This document shows positions 37,270-45,550 of a stretch of 45,550 nt of DNA, piece after piece (position 1 is the first letter of the stretch; each line of letters opens with the position of its first letter). The DNA is from Planctomycetota bacterium (GTDB taxonomy: Bacteria; Planctomycetota; GCA-002687715; DRQF01): the NCBI GenBank assembly GCA_027001995.1, contig JALTLO010000054.1, positions 21,056 through 66,605 of the forward strand, read 5' to 3'. Position numbers and translations under genes: made by a program. Below the pieces are notes generated by a model. That model was not told the DNA's origin, did no database searches, and saw nothing but the letters and a program-made list of their open reading frames with translations.

Positions 37270-37758
37270 ATGCAAGATTACGAAGACAGAAAGCCAAAAG
37301 CGATCAGATTCTTTGAAGCCGCCTACCGTGCTCAAATGGAAGGCGACCTTGACCAAGCTGATTTGCTCTATGGCAGGAGCATAGCTCTTTATCCCACCGC
37401 CGAAGCGTTTACGTTTTCAGGTTGGTGCCGTTCATTTCGCCAAGAATGGGACGAAGCGATCGCTCTCTGTGAGAGCGCCATAGAAATCGACCCAGAATAT
37501 GGCAATCCCTATAACGACATAGGTGCTTACATGATCCAACAAGGCTTGATCGAGGAATCGATCCCTTGGTTGGAGAAAGCTCTGAAGGCTGAGCGTTACG
37601 CTTGTCCGTTCTTTGCCTTTTACAATTTGGGGCAAGTCTTTGAAGAGATTGGTGACTTAGAAGCCGCGGAGGACTACTACCGCAGCGCTCTGGAAGAAAA
37701 TCCGGAGTACACTTTGGCCCGGGTTTCACTTTCCCGAGTCCTTGCCAGTCGCGAGTAA
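37270..37758 (+). CDS. Tetratricopeptide repeat protein
   Basis: AIEIDPEYGNPYNDIGAY, FYNLGQVFE..G..EAA..YY..ALE.NPEY; start uncertain (37207 or 37270). Confidence 0.9.
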   Translation: MQDYEDRKPKAIRFFEAAYRAQMEGDLDQADLLYGRSIALYPTAEAFTFSGWCRSFRQEWDEAIALCESAIEIDPEYGNPYNDIGAYMIQQGLIEESIPWLEKALKAERYACPFFAFYNLGQVFEEIGDLEAAEDYYRSALEENPEYTLARVSLSRVLASRE

Positions 37759-37775
37759 GCAAGTCTAAACATGAC

Positions 37776-37812
37776 AAAGCACCCGAGGGGCGAACTCTCG
37801 GGTGCTTTTGTT
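37776..37812. terminator. Bidirectional intrinsic terminator
   Basis: AAAGCACCCGAG...CTCGGGTGCTTT stem between convergent genes. Confidence 0.85.
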
Positions 37813-37826
37813 TATCTTGATTGACC

Positions 37827-38315
37827 CTAAATCTGGTCTTGCATGAGCTTAGCCAGGATGACTTCGAGCTTGTTCATAGTTGCTCGAGTGACCCCATCTT
37901 TCCCATTGACAGTCACTAAGTGGGATGAGCAGCGTTCTTCAGCCAAACGCATGAGATCTCTTGATGTGGGGGCGTCATCGATCCAGATGAAGGGACGGCT
38001 GAAGTCGATTCCTGAGACCTTTCCCAACCCGCTTCTGAACGGGGTGAATTCAATCTCTGTCTCTAAGAGATCGGAAACTTCCTGAGCTGCCACTTTTGAC
38101 AACTTGGTCAAGAACCGCAGTTGAAAATGGGGGCAGATGTGGGCGATGAATTCCCGGGCAAAAGGAGCCAAGCGAAAGCTGGAGCCTTGTTGCAGTACCA
38201 GTGTTCCCACAATCCCCATGTAGAGATGTGGCCGAGCCGACTGCAGAATATCGCAATCGATTAAGTTGTCAGTCGACACACCTACCTGTGGTTGTGCGTT
38301 CTTGGCCTTGAGCAT
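37827..38315 (-). CDS. HAD-fold protein with degenerate motif I
   Basis: RPHLYMGIVGTL where LYLDIDGTL is expected, RFLT, GKV, PFIWIDD. Confidence 0.55.
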   Translation of the reverse strand: MLKAKNAQPQVGVSTDNLIDCDILQSARPHLYMGIVGTLVLQQGSSFRLAPFAREFIAHICPHFQLRFLTKLSKVAAQEVSDLLETEIEFTPFRSGLGKVSGIDFSRPFIWIDDAPTSRDLMRLAEERCSSHLVTVNGKDGVTRATMNKLEVILAKLMQDQI

Positions 38316-38604
38316 GCTAATCCCCTTTGTCTGGCAGGGGCGCAAACCTTAAATTCCATGAGCTGTTTTCTTAGGGAAGATAGACCCCGCCTCTTCATGA
38401 TGTGGCGGCGCGAACTTCCCGACCGGTTTTCCGGTCCCAACAACAGCGACCTGGCGCAGGTCTGTGCCGATGCTTTCCGTATCTTCTGCATAATCTTTCG
38501 GAGATACGGGGGGGGAAACTTTAGCGACAGGGCGCTATCTTGTGGAAAATACACGGGTTGGGAACCTAAATGGCTCCGGGAAGGTCATGAATAGGGGTGA
38601 GAAA

Positions 38605-39261
38605 CTAGCGAACGCCAGCGTGACGTCTGATTGGCTCGAGCTTGTGGACCAAGAAAGCCAGGAGGCAGATTTGGGGCATGAGGAAACAGGTTGTGAAGAG
38701 CAAAAGAAGTGATTCCTTGCTTGCTTCGCCCATTTTGACACCTCCGAGCTCAAGAAGGAGGGGGGCTCCAACCATGGCGAAGAACGCCAAGCGAAGGGAC
38801 CGTTGCCCAATGTCGGGGAGGGTGAAAGCACTCTGGGGACTGTCGAACCCTCGGTTTCCCAAGGCCTGGGCGATTTTTCCATAGAAAAGGGCAAAATGCT
38901 GCCCTTCTAAGAGCATCCATATGGCGACAACACCGGAAAAATGGGTGAGCGCCAAGAAGAGACAGCGAAGCTCGCTCATTTGGCTCGTGTCGAATGCTAA
39001 CGACTCGAGGACACGAATGACCACGAAGATGACGATCAGGTCGAGGGTGAGGAAGCAAGTAGGCCCAATGTGTGCATGAGGCTGCCTCAGGCCTAAACTC
39101 TGACGTACGCGATGACGTTCTTCCCGTGCTACCACGTGAGTATAGGTCAAATAGACACGGTGGCTCGCCCACAAAAGGAAAGCGCCACCCAAAACGATTG
39201 TCATACAAATCCCAATCATGCTGACATCATGATTACCCGATGAACGGTAGAAGTTGTACAA
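38605..39261 (-). CDS. Hypothetical membrane protein
   Basis: About five hydrophobic segments; no recognisable motif; start uncertain. Confidence 0.5.
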   Translation of the reverse strand: MYNFYRSSGNHDVSMIGICMTIVLGGAFLLWASHRVYLTYTHVVAREERHRVRQSLGLRQPHAHIGPTCFLTLDLIVIFVVIRVLESLAFDTSQMSELRCLFLALTHFSGVVAIWMLLEGQHFALFYGKIAQALGNRGFDSPQSAFTLPDIGQRSLRLAFFAMVGAPLLLELGGVKMGEASKESLLLLFTTCFLMPQICLLAFLVHKLEPIRRHAGVR

Positions 39262-39448
39262 CCACTTGGAATTTTTTTGGGGGTCTATGGCCTCCCAAGG
39301 GTGTGCTGGTCTTTGAGTTAGACGAGCTTACGATCTTAACTTGTTTTCACTATAGACTTTATGATTCCTTTTCTGTTCTCAGCCTGGGACTTTCTGCCAT
39401 AGACGGAATTTCGCCTGGGGCGTATCATGCGGTCAGGAAACAGCAGCA

Positions 39449-40237
39449 ATGGAGGGAGCTCATTTGGGCTATTTGGACGGACAAATCGCGGTTGTCACAG
39501 GAGCTGGACGAGGATTGGGGCGCTGTATTGCCCTCTATTTGGCTCAGGAAGGGGCATCTGTGGCCCTCGTGGCCCGTTCCCGGGACGAGCTCGAAGGAGT
39601 GGCTCAAGAGTTTGATTCACTGGGTTTGAATTCCTTAGTTGTTTGCGGCGATCTTCTCGATTTAGAATTTCGCAATGGCCTGGTGGCCCAAGTGGAGGCC
39701 GCTTTGGGCCCCATCGCTATTCTTATTAACAACGCTGGCATGGCTCCTTCGGCTCCTTTGGAGCAGATTGACGATGAGGCATTTCAAAGGTGTATGAACC
39801 TCAATGCCCTCGTTCCCTTTGCTCTTTGTCGGAGTGTTGCACCGTCCATGAAGAAGCAAGGGTGGGGGCGCATTGTCAATATTGCCAGCACGGCAGCTTT
39901 GAAGGGTTACCCATACACGGCGGCCTACGTTGCTAGCAAACACGCCCTTTTGGGGTTGACTCGGGCCTTGGCCACGGAACTCCTCAAGAAGGGGATTACT
40001 GTCAATGCAGTGTGCCCAGGATTCGCCGACACACAAATCGCTCAGACCGCGGCAGAGAATATTGTCGCCAAGACCGGGCGAAGCTTAGAAGAAGCCAAAC
40101 TCACATTGGCCACAGAAGGATCCCTCAACCGATTGATCCAACCGGAGGAAGTGGCCCGGGCTGTCTTGGTTCTTGTAGGCCCTGACAGTGATGCATTTTC
40201 AGGTATTGCTTTGCCGGTGGCAGGGGATGCCATCTGA
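39449..40237 (+). CDS. Short-chain dehydrogenase/reductase
   Basis: TGAGRGLG, NNAG, YVASK, VNAVCPG. Confidence 0.95.
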   Translation: MEGAHLGYLDGQIAVVTGAGRGLGRCIALYLAQEGASVALVARSRDELEGVAQEFDSLGLNSLVVCGDLLDLEFRNGLVAQVEAALGPIAILINNAGMAPSAPLEQIDDEAFQRCMNLNALVPFALCRSVAPSMKKQGWGRIVNIASTAALKGYPYTAAYVASKHALLGLTRALATELLKKGITVNAVCPGFADTQIAQTAAENIVAKTGRSLEEAKLTLATEGSLNRLIQPEEVARAVLVLVGPDSDAFSGIALPVAGDAI

Positions 40238-40250
40238 TCCAGGATGATTC

Positions 40251-41051
40251 ATGACCAAGACATATACAACATTCAAGTTTGCCGTGACTGATGGTCGGGC
40301 CACAATCACGCTCAACCGCCCAGACCGTTTGAACGCTTTGACTTTCCAGGTCTATCGGGAATTGACCGATTGCTTCTATCACCTCCGGTCAGCGGAAGAT
40401 GTGGATGTGGTGGTTATCACAGGTGAAGGCAAAGGATTCTGCTCAGGTGGAGACGTGAGTGACATCATCGGCGACCTCGTCAATCGCGATATGAAGGAAG
40501 TCTTAGACTTTACCCGCATGACGGGTGAGCTGATCGCGAATATGCGAGAGCTTGATCGGCCAATCATAGCTGCCATCAACGGTGTGGCTGCGGGGGCGGG
40601 AGCAGTCATCGCTCTGGCATCCGATTTTCGCGTCTTTGCGGACACAGCCAAGATCGCTTTCTTGTTTGTCAAAGTGGGCCTTACAGGCGCTGATATGGGA
40701 GCAGCATTCTTGCTGCCTCGCATTGTAGGACAAGCGCGGGCAACAGAAATCCTCATGCTTGGCGATTCGATCAAAGCTCAGGATGCCCTTCGCATCGGTT
40801 TGGCGAATGCCGTCGTGCCTGTGGACGAGGTCTTGGCAAAAGCCAACGAATATGCTGATCGCTTGTTATCGGGCCCTCGTTATGCCATCCGCTTGACCAA
40901 ACGCATGATCAACAACGAATGGACGATGGAACTCGACTCCGCCATTGAAGCTGAAGCCCAGGCCCAAGCGTTGATGCTCATGGGTTATGATCATCGGGAG
41001 TTCTTGGCTTCTTATCGCGAAAAACGCGCCCCAAGATTCGAAGGACGATAG
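40251..41051 (+). CDS. Enoyl-CoA hydratase family protein (type seen in 2-aminobenzoyl-CoA clusters)
   Basis: NRPDRLNALTF, FCSGGDV, FTRMTG, AAGAGA, VGLTGADMGA. Confidence 0.9.
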   Translation: MTKTYTTFKFAVTDGRATITLNRPDRLNALTFQVYRELTDCFYHLRSAEDVDVVVITGEGKGFCSGGDVSDIIGDLVNRDMKEVLDFTRMTGELIANMRELDRPIIAAINGVAAGAGAVIALASDFRVFADTAKIAFLFVKVGLTGADMGAAFLLPRIVGQARATEILMLGDSIKAQDALRIGLANAVVPVDEVLAKANEYADRLLSGPRYAIRLTKRMINNEWTMELDSAIEAEAQAQALMLMGYDHREFLASYREKRAPRFEGR

Positions 41052-41057
41052 GCCACG

Positions 41058-42251
41058 ATGAGTGAAGTCAATTTGACCATGTTTGACCTGTCTGATGCTG
41101 AGAAAAGAGTTCGGGATTTGGCTCGTGAACTGGGGGAGAAAGTTGTTCGTCCTGAAGCGCGAAAGAACGACGCGGAACGTATCTTCAATCGCGATGTCTT
41201 GCGTCAGCTCGGAGCAGCCTCCCTGGTGGGTGGGCCCATCAAGAAATGCTATGAGGGCCTGGAACTGGGACAGCGGGCTCAGGCACTTATCTACGAAGAA
41301 TTGGGCAAAATCGATTCGTCGGTTCGAGGGTTCTTAGCAGTCCAAACGGGCTTGGTGGCGTCTTGTATCCAAGAGTGGGCTTCTGAAGAGATCAAACAAC
41401 GTTGGTTGGCAGATATGTGCCGAGTGGATGCCATTGGTTGCTACTGCCTGACGGAGGAGCACGCTGGCAGTGATGTCGCGGCCATGGCGACGCGAGCACG
41501 AAAAGACGGTGACAACTGGGTGATCAATGGCAAGAAGATCTGGATTACCAATGGCAATGTTGCCGATGTCGCTCTCGTTTTCGCCCAGGCCGACCCGGAG
41601 CTCAAACACAAAGGTATCACGGCGTTTTGTTTGCCCACTTCCACCGTCGGTTTTCGCGCCGAGAAAATGGAATCGCCTGAGCTCGGTCATCGGGGTGCGG
41701 ACCATGCTCGCATTTACTTCGAAGATATGGTTGTTCCAGATTCGGCGCGCATGGGTGAGGTGGGCGATGGATTCAAAGTAGCTATGAGTGCTCTCGATTG
41801 CGGCCGCTTGGGCGTAGCTGCTGGTGCGGTTGGCGTCCACGCTGCATGTTTGGAGGCTTGCATAGATTTCACACGACGCCGTCGTCAATTCGGCAAACGC
41901 TTGGGTGATCAGCAGATGATTCAGAAGACTCTCGCCGATATGCATACGTCTTTGGAGGCAGCCAGGCTCTTGACCATGAAGGCGGCCAGCCTCAAAGACG
42001 CTGGACATCAAGCCACCAAGGAAGTGTCGACGGCAAAACTTTATGCCACGGAAGCCGCAGCGGAAGCTGCCCATGCCGCTATCCTCTTGCATGGCGGCCG
42101 GGGCTACAACAATGACTATCCTCTTGAACGCTACTACCGCGACATCGTTGGTTTGGAAATCTACGAAGGATCTTCCAATATCCAACGCCTGATCATTGCG
42201 CGCGATCTGCTCGGGAGGGACCAAGGACAAGTTTTGGAAGAGGGCAAATAA
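41058..42251 (+). CDS. Acyl-CoA dehydrogenase
   Basis: CLTEEHAGSD, NGKKIWITNG, RRQFGK, HGGRGY, IYEGSSNIQRLII. Confidence 0.95.
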   Translation: MSEVNLTMFDLSDAEKRVRDLARELGEKVVRPEARKNDAERIFNRDVLRQLGAASLVGGPIKKCYEGLELGQRAQALIYEELGKIDSSVRGFLAVQTGLVASCIQEWASEEIKQRWLADMCRVDAIGCYCLTEEHAGSDVAAMATRARKDGDNWVINGKKIWITNGNVADVALVFAQADPELKHKGITAFCLPTSTVGFRAEKMESPELGHRGADHARIYFEDMVVPDSARMGEVGDGFKVAMSALDCGRLGVAAGAVGVHAACLEACIDFTRRRRQFGKRLGDQQMIQKTLADMHTSLEAARLLTMKAASLKDAGHQATKEVSTAKLYATEAAAEAAHAAILLHGGRGYNNDYPLERYYRDIVGLEIYEGSSNIQRLIIARDLLGRDQGQVLEEGK

Positions 42252-43576
42252 TGGCCATGTCAGAATATTGGAATCCGAAGTTTGAGGCTTGCAGCAAAGA
42301 AGACTTGCGGCGCTTGCAATTGACCAAACTCAAATGTCATGTGGCTTGGGCCATGGAGAAAAGTCCTTTTCATCGGCGACTCTACGAAGGGGCAGGTGTC
42401 TCTGCTGATGACATCAAGACTTTGGATGACATAGGAAAGCTCCCATTCATGGACCGGGCTAAGTGGATGAAGATTCAGGCTGATGAGCCACCTTTTGGTG
42501 ATCTTCTTACGGCTCCTCGTGAGCAAGCGATTCGCTATCACTTGACCAGCGGAACTAGCGGCAGGCAACCATTGCGTGTCTTAGATAGCCCCAAGGATTG
42601 GCAGTGGATTTCAGAATGTTGGGCCTATGGGTTTTGGGGTTTCGGTGTTCGTCCCCATGACACGGTGTTTTTCGCTTTTAGCTATGGCAGTTTCATCGGC
42701 TTTTGGGGAGCCCACTATTGCTGCGAGAAGATCGGGGCTCTGGTTATTCCTTCGGGCAACATGACCACCGAAAATCGAGTTCGGCAAATCGTTGAGATGG
42801 AAGTGACGACTGTTTGCGCTACGCCGACCTATGCCATTCGCTTGGCTATTGAAGCGGAGAAACAAGGGCTGGACTTGGTGGGCTCAGCGGTCAACAAACT
42901 TATCGTCTCCGGTGAGCCCGTTGTTGGAGCCACCAAGAAACTGCTCGAAGAGAAGTGGGGGGCCAAGTGTGCGGACACGGCGGGTATGACCGAGATCGGC
43001 ACTATCATGATGTTTGAATGCTCCCATCAACCCGGGGGTGCCCATCTCATCGAAGATCATTTCATAGAAGAAGTTCTCGACCCCGAGACAGGAGAGCCCG
43101 TTGGTTATGGTGAAATCGGCGAACGGGTGGTGACCTCCTTTGGCCGAGGTTTCATCCCATTGATTCGCTACCGCACTTCAGATTTAGTCAAGAAGGTGCC
43201 TCACGACACCTGCGGCTGTGGTCGCAATGGGGACATCTACGAAGGTGGTATTCTAGGCCGTGTCGACAACATGCTTCTCATTCGGGGTACCAATGTCTAT
43301 CCCCGCGCCATCGAAGAAATCGTGCGGGAATATGGGGAAATCGAAGAGTTTCAGATTCACGTTTGGAATACCGAGAACTTGGTGGACGAAATCACCGTGC
43401 GCTTGGAATTCAACCCCAGTAAGAAAGATGGTCGCAGTGAGCTCATGACCACCATTGCTGCTGATCTGAAACGCAACCACGAAGGTTTGCGCATCAACGT
43501 AGAAGAAGCTCCTGAAGGCGCCTTGCCTCGCTTCGAACTCAAAGCCAAACGCCTGCTGGACGAGCGGAAGAAATAA
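42251..43576 (+). CDS. Phenylacetate-CoA ligase (PaaK) family adenylate-forming enzyme
   Basis: TSGTSG, ATPTY, SGEP, AGMTE, IRYRTSD, GRVDNMLLIRGTNVYP. Confidence 0.9.
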   Translation: MAMSEYWNPKFEACSKEDLRRLQLTKLKCHVAWAMEKSPFHRRLYEGAGVSADDIKTLDDIGKLPFMDRAKWMKIQADEPPFGDLLTAPREQAIRYHLTSGTSGRQPLRVLDSPKDWQWISECWAYGFWGFGVRPHDTVFFAFSYGSFIGFWGAHYCCEKIGALVIPSGNMTTENRVRQIVEMEVTTVCATPTYAIRLAIEAEKQGLDLVGSAVNKLIVSGEPVVGATKKLLEEKWGAKCADTAGMTEIGTIMMFECSHQPGGAHLIEDHFIEEVLDPETGEPVGYGEIGERVVTSFGRGFIPLIRYRTSDLVKKVPHDTCGCGRNGDIYEGGILGRVDNMLLIRGTNVYPRAIEEIVREYGEIEEFQIHVWNTENLVDEITVRLEFNPSKKDGRSELMTTIAADLKRNHEGLRINVEEAPEGALPRFELKAKRLLDERKK

Positions 43577-43601
43577 GAACAAGCCCGATAGGAGAATTGA
43601 T

Positions 43602-43805
43602 ATGTCCAAAGATCTATTAGGCAATGACCTCACTGAAGCTGAAACCGAGATTCTCGCAGCCTACGAAAATCTCAAGAAACTCAGCGCTCGTGACGACTTA
43701 AGCCCTTGCATGGTCTCTAACATCCGCTTCGCCACCGCCGCCCTGGCTCAAACCGTTACCGATCTAGGGCTCACCTATGAGCACTTGCATCACTTGGGTC
43801 TTTGA
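43602..43805 (+). CDS. Small helical hypothetical protein (67 aa)
   Basis: AGGAG RBS, ATG start, directly follows the ligase gene. Confidence 0.75.
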   Translation: MSKDLLGNDLTEAETEILAAYENLKKLSARDDLSPCMVSNIRFATAALAQTVTDLGLTYEHLHHLGL

Positions 43806-43829
43806 TGGCTCAACCGGAGACGACTTCGC

Positions 43830-45548
43830 TCATTTGAGTTTCGGATCAAAGGGACCCACGTGGTAGTTGTGGCAGGTGGCGCAACTGCTATTGGCTTCGT
43901 TTTCCTGGTGGCATTGGGCGCAAGAATCCCGGGTCATGGGTTGAAACTCGCTGGCGAATTGGCTGGGATCGAGTTTGCCTGGACCGAAGAAGTCGAGGTA
44001 GCTCCCTTTGTTTTCAAGTTGGTGGCAGAGGGCGCAGGATTTTTCTTGGGCAACGATGAGGTGCGGGGTGTGGTCGAATTTGGTGAAGGGCCGATTGGGA
44101 TTCTCTGTTTTGACCCGCCAGTTGATCGACTTCTTCTTAAGAGGGCCTTCGTTGACACTATGACATTTGAAGCAACGATCATCAGATGCCAACTCTTGGC
44201 GCAGGTCGTCAAAACCCCTTGAGACGCTGATCGTGTGGAGAGCTTCGACGATTTTGTCGTTGTGCCCTAAGGGGACGTAGGTCAATTGAAGCATTTCGGC
44301 GTCATACCGCCATCGCCCTCCACCGCCCCAGGACTGGGGAGCCACCTTGCTGCTCTTGCCATCGTTTGTTCTTGGAAACCAAGCTTCGTTGATGGCAGCA
44401 AAGGCATTGATGTCCAAGTATCGCAATGCGCCCCTGGCCAAAGACTCTTGGAGGTTGTTTTTGCTCAACAAGGGTTTGATTATTTTCCTTGGGTCAGACG
44501 ACAAGGAAGAGATGAGCTGGCGAAAGCTATTGGCCAAGCGGGCAGCCGCCTTCATTTGTGCCTCTGTCGCTGAGCTGAGGTCGGCGAGGTCCACGTCCTT
44601 GAGGAGATCTTGGTCATCCTTTGCTGTTGGGTAGAAGTTGTTCGAACGTAGCAGAGCCCAAGTGAGCTGGGTGGGCGGGTCTTCGTAGTCGGAACCGTCT
44701 GCTGGCCAAGGTCCAACTTCGATATCTTCGTCGCTCAAGGTTTCCAGGTCGATACCGAAAGCTCGAATCCATGGGATTCCCTCTTCCATCTTGCCCGCAC
44801 CAAGAATCTGTTCTTCATGGTGATGGCATGAGGCGCAGGATGATTCAAAGGGTTTCAATCTCATTTGGCCACTGCTGCTATTGACATGGCAAGAAGCACA
44901 ATCAAATGGAATCTTGGCTTCTGGAAGGTGTTTACCCTGGTGCTCTTGGTGGTTGAAGATGAGGCCTGTTCGCCGTTTGTAGGGGTAGGAAGAAAAAGGC
45001 GGATGTTCTTTCGGGAAGGCGTCGTTCTTATCTAAGTGGCAGTTTTGGCAGGTGCGATCCCTTATCTCTGCCAAGTTTTGGTTTTTGCCTTGGTGCTCCC
45101 GGTGGCACACAGAACAAGCGATGTCTTGTGAATCGCTCATGGGCAATCCCCAGGCGGAGGCAAGCCAGCCGCTTAGGGTGGGGGCATCATGAGATTCTTT
45201 GTTTTGGTGTTCTTCTGTTTCTGCGGTGAGATCCGATACCGCCATAGAATGGGGCTTGAAGGCATTGTTTCCCAAGTCGTGGCAAGTACCGCAGCGCTTT
45301 CCTTCTGATAAAGCCAACTCGGAATGAACGAAGCCGCTGGCGACTCCCTTGACTTGGTCGATTTGCGCCACATGGCACTTGCCGCAATCAGAGCTCAAAG
45401 AAGCGTGTTGGGTGGTCAACGGACCAGGCATCACTCTTGGCCCGGCACCTGGGGCAAAGACGATCCATGCGGTGACGAGCCAGGTGAGCAAGCAGCCGAC
45501 GATGATATAACGTCGGATCTTAGTCTGTTGAGTTTGGGCGATACTCAT
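43830..45548 (-). CDS. Membrane-anchored multiheme (10 CxxCH) cytochrome c
   Basis: CGKCH, CGTCH, CSVCH, CQNCH, CASCH, CASCH, CFKCH, CALCH, CAQCH, CATCH; N-terminal hydrophobic segment; start at the window edge, may extend. Confidence 0.92.
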   Translation of the reverse strand: MSIAQTQQTKIRRYIIVGCLLTWLVTAWIVFAPGAGPRVMPGPLTTQHASLSSDCGKCHVAQIDQVKGVASGFVHSELALSEGKRCGTCHDLGNNAFKPHSMAVSDLTAETEEHQNKESHDAPTLSGWLASAWGLPMSDSQDIACSVCHREHQGKNQNLAEIRDRTCQNCHLDKNDAFPKEHPPFSSYPYKRRTGLIFNHQEHQGKHLPEAKIPFDCASCHVNSSSGQMRLKPFESSCASCHHHEEQILGAGKMEEGIPWIRAFGIDLETLSDEDIEVGPWPADGSDYEDPPTQLTWALLRSNNFYPTAKDDQDLLKDVDLADLSSATEAQMKAAARLANSFRQLISSLSSDPRKIIKPLLSKNNLQESLARGALRYLDINAFAAINEAWFPRTNDGKSSKVAPQSWGGGGRWRYDAEMLQLTYVPLGHNDKIVEALHTISVSRGFDDLRQELASDDRCFKCHSVNEGPLKKKSINWRVKTENPNRPFTKFDHTPHLIVAQEKSCALCHQLENKGSYLDFFGPGKLDPSQFASEFQPMTRDSCAQCHQENEANSSCATCHNYHVGPFDPKLK

Positions 45549-45550
45549 GG

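Noticed and set aside
38292..38594. 100-aa plus-strand ORF between two minus-strand genes
   Set aside because: No RBS or motif, overlaps the HAD-like gene start; probably a promoter region
41334..42230. 298-aa antisense ORF, and similar ones at 9324-9980, 12597-13244, 25530-26144 and 36136-36825
   Set aside because: Shadow ORFs opposite well-supported genes, with no motifs of their own
1..45550. CRISPR arrays, tRNA/rRNA genes, IS elements and prophage genes
   Set aside because: No regularly spaced repeats, cloverleaf or rRNA signatures, or transposase/integrase/phage motifs seen by eye

Overview
Gene-dense bacterial window of roughly balanced GC, with about 45 CDS and no rRNA, tRNA, CRISPR array, transposase or integrase that I can recognise. 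The gene styles (FG-GAP proteins, secreted LHGGG hydrolases, multiheme cytochrome) would fit a Planctomycetota-like organism, but that is inference. Layout: (1) 1-9.0 kb surface-glycan region with an ABC exporter end, GT2, two tandem paralogous DxD transferases, a GHL10-like lipoprotein, a stand-alone MshEN-like repeat protein and two GT-C-type membrane proteins. (2) 9.1-16.6 kb secreted hydrolase, then a coupled operon of fused ABC ATPase-permease, PDZ lipoprotein and two FG-GAP proteins. (3) arsR-gapdh-arsJ arsenate-resistance operon. (4) A sensor-less pseudo-histidine kinase, two Mo-bisPGD enzymes (one a Tat-less PsrA-like subunit paired with a fused 4Fe-4S/NrfD subunit) and a lipase. (5) 27.5-29.75 kb accessory islet with an AAA-ATPase/wHTH gene behind a perfect 21-bp inverted repeat, an orphan HTH fragment and an ORF split by one in-frame TGA. 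(6) Several apparent pseudo-enzymes (NeuA-like, PIN, HAD). (7) Two acyl/aryl-CoA catabolic operons ending in a PaaK-type ligase and a 67-aa protein. (8) A membrane-anchored decaheme cytochrome c. All calls come from motif reading; no searches were run.
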